Source: Candidatus Thalassarchaeum betae
GTDB lineage: Archaea; Thermoplasmatota; Poseidoniia; Poseidoniales; Thalassarchaeaceae
Assembly: GCA_003193925.1 (NCBI GenBank)
Contig: PSPG01000002.1
Location: 32,001-96,000, forward strand
Length of the DNA: 64,000 nucleotides
Direction: 5' to 3'
In this document: one piece after another, positions 10,132 through 17,966 of the stretch
How positions within the stretch are numbered: the first letter of the stretch is position 1
Layout of the letters: every line of letters starts with the position of its first letter
Translations under genes and position numbers: made by a program
Notes under the pieces: model-generated
The model's database searches: none
What the model saw: the letters and a program-made list of their open reading frames with translations, nothing else
Told to the model about the DNA's origin: nothing

Positions 10132-12723
10132 TCAGAGGGAATAACTGCAGACGACGCATACCGATGCGCCTATTTCCGCCTCGGAACCGCATATTGGGCA
10201 GACCTCGCCCCCAGGCGCACCAGCCGCTTCCTCCTCCTCTGGCTCTTCTTCCTGCGGCTCTGGCTCCCCTTCCTGAGACTCTTCTTCCTGAGGCTCTTCT
10301 CCCTCCGGCTCTGGCTCCTCGGGTTCTGACTCTGGCTCTGGCTGTCTGGGAAGTTCGGGGACCCTCTCCGGGTCCACCCACTCTGGAAGGTTAGGCTCCT
10401 CGTCGACCTCTGCGCCGAAGGTGGCGCCGTGGAAGTCCTGAGCGTCAGAGACCTTGTACTCCGACTCGGGGTCCCCTTGGATCTCGTATGTCACCTCTAT
10501 CCTCTCTCCCCGCTCAATCCTGCCAATCTTCCACTCGGTATGGGTCCCCTCGGGGGCTGCCTCCTTCTTCATGCGCACATCACGCTCGCCGTCAATCGAA
10601 GAGCGCACCGTGGAGTCCTCGATCGAGAAGGTCCCGGGAACCACGTCATGTAGAGCGAGGTCGTCGAGGGCGCTGTCGGAGTTGTTCTCGAACATCAGCA
10701 GGACCTCGTACCTGCCGGCGTTGCCAGCTGGAAAGACCTCCTTTCCAGTGCTCACGTTGCGCCGGCGGTGGACGACTCGCATCTGAGGGGGTCTCTCTAC
10801 GACCCTGGTCGCCACAGGACCAAACTTCTCGGAACCGAAGTCGGCCCTGATGGGGGCTGCTAGGAGCTCGTTCGCCGGAGAGGGGTCTGGTGCATGCAGC
10901 GGATACCTGATCACCATGGTCTTGCCGGGCTGGAGGCCGAGTGGGGCAGAAGTGCCTACGGTGATTCTCAGTCCGTGGCCTTCGCTGTCTGGGGAGATCA
11001 TCCTCTCTTCCAGCTGAATCCCGTTGATCACCTCTATCAGGTACTGCTCCTCATTGAGGTCGGTACCCCCGATCTCGATGCTCACGTCGTCCTGCGAAGG
11101 GGGGTCGAAGATCCCCGGGACGTCATCCAGCAGACGCATGACGTTAATCGGGGCCGAGCCGTTGTTCTCAATCGATATCGTAGCCTCGATATCAGAAGGC
11201 ACGAACGACTTGATCCTAGATTTATCATACTGCTTGAGCAGTACTGCGTCCAGCACGGTCAGTTTCTGCTCCTTCAAGTCGATCGATCCCCTTGACTCGA
11301 CGGCCACACGAGGCAGGATGGAGGACCTGAACTCGTGGGTGAAACTGGGGCTGTCGGCCTCCACCCTCTTCTCCATGGAACTCCAGCTCCCCTCGGGAGG
11401 GACGTCCTGACGGAGGTCAGAGATGTCCAGTATCGGATTTTCTCTGCCGGACTGCCAGACAGTCACCCCCGACAGTGTAACCACGAAGGAGGATCTGTTC
11501 TCGAACACGGACTTGCAGTGCCAGATCCCGGGTCTGTCATCCTCGACCTTGTCGACTCTCATCATGTGTAGGGTGGAGCCGGAGACGCGGTCGAAGTCGG
11601 CTCTCGAGACCGTCGCCTCAGCAGTGTAATTCGCGGAAGCGACGCCGGCGGAAATCTTGTCGACCCCCCCGGTGGTGACTCTGGGCGAGAGGGCGAGCAC
11701 CCTGCTCTCACCGACGTTGAGCCTGCCGATCTCCCAGGAGATATATGAATCCCCGACGCTGTACTCAGGGCCGTCGGGAATGTGGAAGTTGTCCGGGAAG
11801 GTCCTGCTGACCTCGACCTCCAAGAGAGGGCCGGGCGAGATGTTCTCGACCTCGAGCTGCAACTCAATCTCCTGTTGCTCCTCGGAGAAGACCAGTGACA
11901 GACTATCCTCCTGGTCCCTCTCCGGGTTGGTGTCGATGGATTCCTTCAGGACCAGCATCCGAGGACCGCTGGCGGAGTATGGGATTACCGTGTCCTCGGT
12001 GGCCTCGAGCTCCCTCACGGATATCGAGCGCCCTCCGATGTCTGTGGCGCTAGTTGATGAGAGTAGTACCTCTATGTCCCATGCCCTGTGCTTCTTGCTT
12101 GCGTTTCGCAGTATCAGTTCGCCTTCTATGGTCTGCCGCCTGATCGAGCCGTCGGGATTCAGGGTGGAGGTCTCCACTTCGCTCAGGGTGGCGTGTAGCT
12201 TGTCGCCCGGGATCGCGTCCACCTCCCTGGCGGACCTCAGGTGGGGAGAGGAAGCCGGAGCCACTACCGCCTTGGATAGGGCGTCGGCAATGGGGGAGTC
12301 CTCTTCAGAGTCCAAGGAGTCCACGGAGGACTCGGGTTCAGCCCAGTCTATCTCGTCGGCCTCCTGGCTATCTCCCGCACCGCTCAGCGCGGCTAGCGAG
12401 TCCTGTAGAGAAGCAGGCTCCTCAGACTCCTCATCCGGGACATCCAAGCCGGGGGGAGGAGGTGGCGGTGAGTCGGGTCCGGATGGAGTGGGGGAGGGGG
12501 CGTCGAAGCCGGGAGGAGGAGAAGGGGCCTCCCCAGGCTCCTCATCAGGCTCACCCGAAATCTCCCTGTCCTCGAGTTCCATCAAGCCCGGTGGCGGAGG
12601 AGGTGGCGAGGGCGCTTGTTCGCCCTCCGAATCGTCATCCTCCTCTTCCTCGAAACCGGGTGGGGGGGGCGGAGGAGGAGGGAGGGGGAACCCTGAAGGA
12701 GGGGGAGGGGGCTCTTCTGACAT
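10132..12723 (-). CDS. large acidic, proline-rich hypothetical protein with tandem beta-sandwich (DUF11-like) domains and C-terminal Zn ribbon
   Basis: PPPPG repeats; WEIGRLNVGES and WKIGRIERGE strands; CPIC...CVVC; no signal peptide. Confidence 0.8.
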   Translation of the reverse strand: MSEEPPPPPSGFPLPPPPPPPPGFEEEEDDDSEGEQAPSPPPPPPGLMELEDREISGEPDEEPGEAPSPPPGFDAPSPTPSGPDSPPPPPPGLDVPDEESEEPASLQDSLAALSGAGDSQEADEIDWAEPESSVDSLDSEEDSPIADALSKAVVAPASSPHLRSAREVDAIPGDKLHATLSEVETSTLNPDGSIRRQTIEGELILRNASKKHRAWDIEVLLSSTSATDIGGRSISVRELEATEDTVIPYSASGPRMLVLKESIDTNPERDQEDSLSLVFSEEQQEIELQLEVENISPGPLLEVEVSRTFPDNFHIPDGPEYSVGDSYISWEIGRLNVGESRVLALSPRVTTGGVDKISAGVASANYTAEATVSRADFDRVSGSTLHMMRVDKVEDDRPGIWHCKSVFENRSSFVVTLSGVTVWQSGRENPILDISDLRQDVPPEGSWSSMEKRVEADSPSFTHEFRSSILPRVAVESRGSIDLKEQKLTVLDAVLLKQYDKSRIKSFVPSDIEATISIENNGSAPINVMRLLDDVPGIFDPPSQDDVSIEIGGTDLNEEQYLIEVINGIQLEERMISPDSEGHGLRITVGTSAPLGLQPGKTMVIRYPLHAPDPSPANELLAAPIRADFGSEKFGPVATRVVERPPQMRVVHRRRNVSTGKEVFPAGNAGRYEVLLMFENNSDSALDDLALHDVVPGTFSIEDSTVRSSIDGERDVRMKKEAAPEGTHTEWKIGRIERGERIEVTYEIQGDPESEYKVSDAQDFHGATFGAEVDEEPNLPEWVDPERVPELPRQPEPESEPEEPEPEGEEPQEEESQEGEPEPQEEEPEEEEAAGAPGGEVCPICGSEAEIGASVCVVCSYSL

Positions 12724-12847
12724 GGCGCTAACACCCCGATGGGTGGTCGCGGACGTGGCTTGGATTGGTATAACCATTACTTGTCGGACACTGAGCCGAT
12801 GGCAGGGCGTCACGAATGGTTGAAGTTCTCTCGCCCTTGGCGAGAGC

Positions 12848-13690
12848 GTGAGCAATCAGGACGGGACAGCGCCTCCAGTGCTGTTCGTCGTCGGTACCGC
12901 AGGTGCTGGAAAGAGTTCCTTGGTGACTGCCTTCCAACGGTGGGCGCGATTCCTCGAGGTCGATGTACTCGCGATCAACCTCGACCCCGGGGCCGAGAGG
13001 GTGCACTACGACGCGGAGTACGACGTCAGGGACCTCGTTTCGCTGTCTGACGTCATGGTCGAGTACGACCTAGGCCCTAACGGCGCTCAAATCCTGGCCG
13101 CTGACCTGGTGGCGGCACAGGCGACCGAAGTCTTCGACGAGATCGAGGGGCTGTCGTGCGATCTGCTGATTGTCGACACGCCGGGCCAGGTGGAACTGTT
13201 CGCCTTCAGAGAGGCCTCCAACCACCTCGTCAGCGTGATAGGCCAAGGCAGGGCCTGCCTAATCTTCCTGTTCGACCCGATGCTCTCACGGACTCCGAGC
13301 GGCTTCGTGGCGCAGATGCTCCTTTCGGCAATCGTGCACTTCAGGCTGGGGCTCCCTACAGCGAACTTCCTCTCCAAGTCGGACTTATTGGAGCCGGAGA
13401 CCCTCGAGAAGGTGATGGAGTGGGGCGACAACCTGGAGGCGCTGGAGGCCGCGTTGTACGAGGAATCGGCCCAGCAAGCCCTCGACAGCCAGTCCGGCAG
13501 CCAAAGGGCCGAGTTCGCCATAGGCCAGCTCAGGATGATGCAGCACGCGTCGATACAGCCTGGCTTGGTGCCCCTTTCCAGTGAGGAGGAGGAGGGACTT
13601 GCCGACGTGCTGACCTTCGCACAGTCAGTATTCGGCGGAATGGCTGATGCCAGAGACGGATTTGCAGGGGACATAGAGCATGAGAGGTAG
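12848..13690 (+). CDS. GPN-loop GTPase
   Basis: GTAGAGKS, NLDPG, LGPNG, DTPGQ, SKSD. Confidence 0.93.
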   Translation: MSNQDGTAPPVLFVVGTAGAGKSSLVTAFQRWARFLEVDVLAINLDPGAERVHYDAEYDVRDLVSLSDVMVEYDLGPNGAQILAADLVAAQATEVFDEIEGLSCDLLIVDTPGQVELFAFREASNHLVSVIGQGRACLIFLFDPMLSRTPSGFVAQMLLSAIVHFRLGLPTANFLSKSDLLEPETLEKVMEWGDNLEALEAALYEESAQQALDSQSGSQRAEFAIGQLRMMQHASIQPGLVPLSSEEEEGLADVLTFAQSVFGGMADARDGFAGDIEHER

Positions 13691-14639
13691 TGATTCGAAG
13701 CGGGACTTGATGGCGATAGACGATGTGAGCGAGGAGTTGTCCGAACTCATCGCCTGGGCCATCGCCTTCAAGCACGCGGGCGACATCAACTACGAATTCA
13801 AACCGCTTGACGGGATGTCGATAGGCTCGATCTACGAGAAGCCGTCGACGAGGACCAGAGTGTCCTTCGAAGTAGGTGTGAGCAGACTCGGCGGCCACCC
13901 TCTGACCCTGTTGTCTAATGACATCCAACTCGGCAAGAGCGAATCCATCGCCGACACCGCAGCCGTCCTCTCACGGTACCTCGACGGGATCACGTACAGG
14001 TGCTTCAAGCACGGTGACGCGGAGGAACTGGCCAGACACGCCACCGTCCCGGTGATCAATGCCCTCTCTGACCTACACCACCCCTGTCAGGCGGCTGCTG
14101 ACCTGATGACCATAGCCGAGCACGGCGAGAGCGTCAGCGGCCACATCGCTTGGGTCGGCGATGGCAATAATGTGTTCCACGACCTGCTGCTTGCCGGCGT
14201 CGCGCTCGGACACGACGTCTCTTACGCGACGCCTGCGGGCTTCGAGCCCGATGAATCCGTGATGGATAGGGCTCGCAGGATCAGCGCCACCACAGGTGCC
14301 ATCATCAGCGGCTCCAACGACCCCGTCAAGGCCGTAAGTGGGGCTGGGGTCGTCTACACCGACATCTTCGTGTCGATGGGAGAAGAGCACATGGAGGGCA
14401 AGTTCAACGCCTTCGATGGCTTCCAAGTCAACGAGGAACTGGTTTCGAACGCTAACCCCGACTACCTGTTCATGCACTGCTTACCGGCGCATCGTGGCGA
14501 GGAGGTGACCGATGCGGTCATCGACTCCCCTAACAGCGTTGTCTTCGAGCAGGCCGAGAACAGAATGTGGGCACAGATGTCACTGCTCACTTACCTCTGC
14601 AACGAAACTGCTTGGCACGCATTCAGGGAACTCGAGTGA
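13680..14639 (+). CDS. argF: ornithine carbamoyltransferase
   Basis: STRTR, HPCQ, GDGNN, SMG, HCLP motifs. Confidence 0.95.
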   Translation: MRGSDSKRDLMAIDDVSEELSELIAWAIAFKHAGDINYEFKPLDGMSIGSIYEKPSTRTRVSFEVGVSRLGGHPLTLLSNDIQLGKSESIADTAAVLSRYLDGITYRCFKHGDAEELARHATVPVINALSDLHHPCQAAADLMTIAEHGESVSGHIAWVGDGNNVFHDLLLAGVALGHDVSYATPAGFEPDESVMDRARRISATTGAIISGSNDPVKAVSGAGVVYTDIFVSMGEEHMEGKFNAFDGFQVNEELVSNANPDYLFMHCLPAHRGEEVTDAVIDSPNSVVFEQAENRMWAQMSLLTYLCNETAWHAFRELE

Positions 14640-15545
14640 TCAGGCCAACAGAGAGCTACCTAGGAGTGCCGCGAGGCACAAGTACATTGATTTCTTGATC
14701 AGCTGCTGAGCGGCATGATCCTCAGAGAGTACCAACTTCGGCTTGGCCAGCATCAGCACCACCACAGCCGGAATCACTCCAACAAGGTGCAGTTCGGGAA
14801 AGATTCCTATTGCGAAGGGCAGCAGCATCGAGGCGAGAGTGAGCAGGAGGAGCGCCCAAGCTAATGTGCGGGCTCGTTGTGGCCCGACTTGCATGGCGTA
14901 GGTGCTTCTCCCCTCGTCGCCCTCCATGTCCTCGACGTCCTTGACTATCTCCCGAGCGAGGGTGTACAGGACTCCGATGACGAACATGGCCCACGCACGG
15001 TGGTTAAACGGCTCGAACACGCCGGCAGCGCCGAACAGCACGACCATGCCGACGGAAAGGCTGATGGCGATGTTCCCAGACAGGCCCCTCTCCTTGAGGC
15101 GCAGGCTGAACGGGGCCGCGGACTCGTAGTTCGTCAGCAGGAAAAGCGCGCCCAGCCAAATCGCCAGTGAAGGGTACCATCCCTCAATTCCCCCCACCGT
15201 GCCGCTCGCAGTCGCAGCAGCGCCTGCAATCGAGACCACCGAGAGCGTCATCATCAGGGCTATCCCCCTCTTTGCCGAGGCCTCTGAGATGGCACCGGAG
15301 GGAAGCGGTCTGTTGGGTCGGTTGACGCGGTCAATCTCCAAGTCGAGGTAGTCGTTCAACGCGTTCCACGAGCACATGAAGCTCCAGACCGACAGCGCTT
15401 GCAATACGGTAATCAGGGCGAAATCGCCCTCTGGCAGCCCGCCCAGAGCCATCATGGCCCCCAGGAAGACCCCGAACACCCCTACGGTCGAGTTTCCCGC
15501 CCTGAACAGGACCCACCATGGCCCTAGTGCACCGCCTCCACCCAC
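14640..15545 (-). CDS. UbiA-family prenyltransferase, probable digeranylgeranylglyceryl phosphate synthase
   Basis: NDYLDLEIDRVNRPNRPLPSG and REIVKDVEDMEGD motifs; multiple TMs. Confidence 0.88.
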   Translation of the reverse strand: MGGGGALGPWWVLFRAGNSTVGVFGVFLGAMMALGGLPEGDFALITVLQALSVWSFMCSWNALNDYLDLEIDRVNRPNRPLPSGAISEASAKRGIALMMTLSVVSIAGAAATASGTVGGIEGWYPSLAIWLGALFLLTNYESAAPFSLRLKERGLSGNIAISLSVGMVVLFGAAGVFEPFNHRAWAMFVIGVLYTLAREIVKDVEDMEGDEGRSTYAMQVGPQRARTLAWALLLLTLASMLLPFAIGIFPELHLVGVIPAVVVLMLAKPKLVLSEDHAAQQLIKKSMYLCLAALLGSSLLA

Positions 15546-15586
15546 GCCCTGACTCAGGGCGGCTGGGCCTTCATTCCTTCCCCGGA

Positions 15587-15841
15587 CTAAGCTGTGGCCT
15601 GCAATGCCTGCTGGCTGAGGCTCCAGACGCAGACCGTGTAGGTACTGCCTCTGAACAGCCCGCGGACGTGTCCGACCTTGGAGAATCTCCTGTCCTTGGC
15701 AAGTATGTTACCGACCTGGTTCATCGTGGCTCCCCACCGGAACCTGCCGTTCAGGTGATCGAAGATCTCGACGGTGTTGGCGGTGTCGTTCTCCTCGAGG
15801 TAGACCCGGACCTCCTCACGGAGCCGTCCTGTCCTGGACAT
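15587..15841 (-). CDS. DUF3860-like winged-helix protein
   Basis: RLREEVRVYL..NTVEIFDHLN..GATMNQVGNILAKD..YTVCVW resembles DUF3860; GGTGG RBS. Confidence 0.75.
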   Translation of the reverse strand: MSRTGRLREEVRVYLEENDTANTVEIFDHLNGRFRWGATMNQVGNILAKDRRFSKVGHVRGLFRGSTYTVCVWSLSQQALQATA

Positions 15842-16116
15842 CAGGCCACCACCGTAGGGGCTGCGCAACTGGCGTGCAGCCTCTCGCGCAGCCCAGCCCA
15901 ACTCGATGGGCTGACGTTAATCTGCGCGGCCATGCGCGGCATTGGCCCCCATGAATCGGCCTCAGAGACCACTCCAGCGTAGCTGACCATTGTGGTAGGT
16001 GCGGGTTGCGGCACGGGTCCGTTCGTTCTTCGCAGGGTCGCGAGAGAGACCACCCTGCATGGTTCTGGACGCTTCCTGTAGAGGAGCGTCACTGTGTCGT
16101 TCGCTTGTCCGTTCAT
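15841..16116 (-). CDS. hypothetical protein (91 aa)
   Basis: Stop overlaps the next start (TGATG), suggesting translational coupling; no recognisable motif. Confidence 0.45.
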   Translation of the reverse strand: MNGQANDTVTLLYRKRPEPCRVVSLATLRRTNGPVPQPAPTTMVSYAGVVSEADSWGPMPRMAAQINVSPSSWAGLRERLHASCAAPTVVA

Positions 16117-16249
16117 GGTGGTATGTCATGACTTCTTCATATCAAGCGAGGCAATAGTCCCGAGAGGTGAAGGTGAAAGTGAACGGAGACCCCCCATAGG
16201 CTCTCAAGGCATTGTTTTCTTAAGCGGGTGTCCGGTGGCCGGAAAACAC

Positions 16250-16327
16250 GCTCGTGTAGTGTAGTTCGGTCCATCATGACGGACTCTCGATCCGTCGACC
16301 CGGGTTCAAATCCCGGCACGAGCACCA
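16250..16327 (+). tRNA. tRNA-Glu(CUC)
   Basis: GCTCGTG...ACGGA-CTCTCGA-TCCGT...GGTTCAAATCC...CACGAGC-A-CCA; upstream TTTTCTTAAG TATA-like box. Confidence 0.96.
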
Positions 16328-16382
16328 CTATTGTCTCTCATAACGGTCTTAAGCGGTCCTTCGTTGGCGTAGTAAGGTCTCG

Positions 16383-17435
16383 ATGCGCGTTGAGCACGAT
16401 GTGAAGATGACCTTTGACGATGTTCTGATACGACCTAAGCGCAGTACGCTGGTTTCTAGATCGGATGTGACTCTGTCGAGGGACTTCAAGTTCCGCCATT
16501 CCGATGAGATCTGGAGCGGGGTGCCCATCGTGGCGGCCAACATGGACACCACCGGCCTGTTCTCGGTGGCCAAGGAGCTGCAGGAGCACGGCATGCTCAC
16601 CTGCCTACAGAAATTCTACTCGACTCGCGAGTGCGCACGAGCGTGGGAAGACGGGGTGGACCCGGGCTTCGTCGCAGTCACATGCGGCTCCACGGACGAG
16701 AGCTTCGAGCTGCTGCAGCGCAAGATGGCGACCGATGACGGGATCAAGATGATCTGCGTAGACGTCGCCAATGGCTACCGCGAGGTGTTCGTCGAGTTCG
16801 TCAAGCGGGTTCGCGACAAGTTCCAGAGCAAGATTATCATCGCCGGCAACGTTGCCACCAGGGAGATGACAGAGGCCCTCATCCTCGCCGGTGCGGACAT
16901 AGTCAAAGTCGGCATAGGACCGGGCTCGGTCTGCACGACCTGCAAAGTGGCAGGCGTGGGCTACCCTCAGCTCTCGGCCATCGCGGAGTGCGCTGACGCA
17001 GCGCATGGCCTGCTGGGTCACGTGATGGCTGACGGTGGATGCTCCTCACCGGGCGATGTCGCGAAGGCCTTCGGCGCGGGTGCGGACTTCGTCATGCTGG
17101 GCGGCATGTTCGCGGGACACGACGAGTCCGGTGGGGAGCTCATCAAGGGCGATAACGGCAGGATGTACAAGTCGTTCTACGGAATGTCATCGAGCAAGGC
17201 GATGGAGTCGCATTACGGTGAGGTCGCCGGGCACAGGGCCCCCGAGGGCAAGGAGGTCAGGGTGCCTTACAGAGGGGAGCTCGGCCTCACCGTGCAGTCC
17301 GTTCTTGGGGGAGTCAGGTCGGCCTGCTCGTATGTTGGTGCTCGCAGGATCAAGGACCTTCCCAAGTGCACCACCTTCATCCGGGTGTCGCAGACCAGCA
17401 ACGAGGTCTACGAGCGCTTCAACGTCGGGGAATGA
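16383..17435 (+). CDS. guaC: GMP reductase (type 1)
   Basis: [45 protein letters not shown]; no CBS domains. Confidence 0.95.
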   Translation: MRVEHDVKMTFDDVLIRPKRSTLVSRSDVTLSRDFKFRHSDEIWSGVPIVAANMDTTGLFSVAKELQEHGMLTCLQKFYSTRECARAWEDGVDPGFVAVTCGSTDESFELLQRKMATDDGIKMICVDVANGYREVFVEFVKRVRDKFQSKIIIAGNVATREMTEALILAGADIVKVGIGPGSVCTTCKVAGVGYPQLSAIAECADAAHGLLGHVMADGGCSSPGDVAKAFGAGADFVMLGGMFAGHDESGGELIKGDNGRMYKSFYGMSSSKAMESHYGEVAGHRAPEGKEVRVPYRGELGLTVQSVLGGVRSACSYVGARRIKDLPKCTTFIRVSQTSNEVYERFNVGE

Positions 17436-17439
17436 CCTC

Positions 17440-17919
17440 TCAGATGTCGAAGATGACCTGTGCCATCCACCCAGGACCCTCGAAGGCCGGTATGTCGGGC
17501 TCTATCCCGGGCACCATTTCCCCGGCGGCTACCTCGCGCAGTGCCAGCTGGTGCAGGGTCACCGCCTTGACCTCGACCTCGCGCTCGACGAGATCCGAGT
17601 CGACCCAGGAGGCCTGTGCTTCGATCCTACCTCCTCCGTCTATCCTGATTGCCGCCTCAACGAGCCACTGGCCTTCGGCGGAGCCGCGATAGAGGACCTC
17701 CTCAAGCCACAGTACCATCCCGCGCTCGAGGTCCCCCCCGGGCGCTTGGACGACCCATTCGCCGGTCGAGCGAGGCAATGTGGCGAGTGCGGCGGCGCCG
17801 TTCTCAGACAGCTGGATTGATTGGAGGCCCATGGTCGCCTCGAGGATCGCATCTTGAGCCGCCATCGAGAATGCACGCAGGCCTATGTCGGCCGTAGTAG
17901 GCAGAATCCACCAAGACAC
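17440..17919 (-). CDS. archease (RtcB cofactor)
   Basis: TADIG N-terminus, EVKAVTLHQL, C-terminal VIFDI; GTG start after GGTGA RBS. Confidence 0.88.
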   Translation of the reverse strand: MSWWILPTTADIGLRAFSMAAQDAILEATMGLQSIQLSENGAAALATLPRSTGEWVVQAPGGDLERGMVLWLEEVLYRGSAEGQWLVEAAIRIDGGGRIEAQASWVDSDLVEREVEVKAVTLHQLALREVAAGEMVPGIEPDIPAFEGPGWMAQVIFDI

Positions 17920-17966
17920 GGTCTCACCGACCCGTCCGAGCGGTCCATCGTGCAAGAATGCAGGGG

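Noticed and set aside
11657-12823. Long Ser/Gly-rich + strand ORF, and similar ORFs at 254-997, 38108-39193, 51733-52761 and 62282-63226
   Set aside because: Antisense shadows of well-supported genes, expected in high-GC3 DNA
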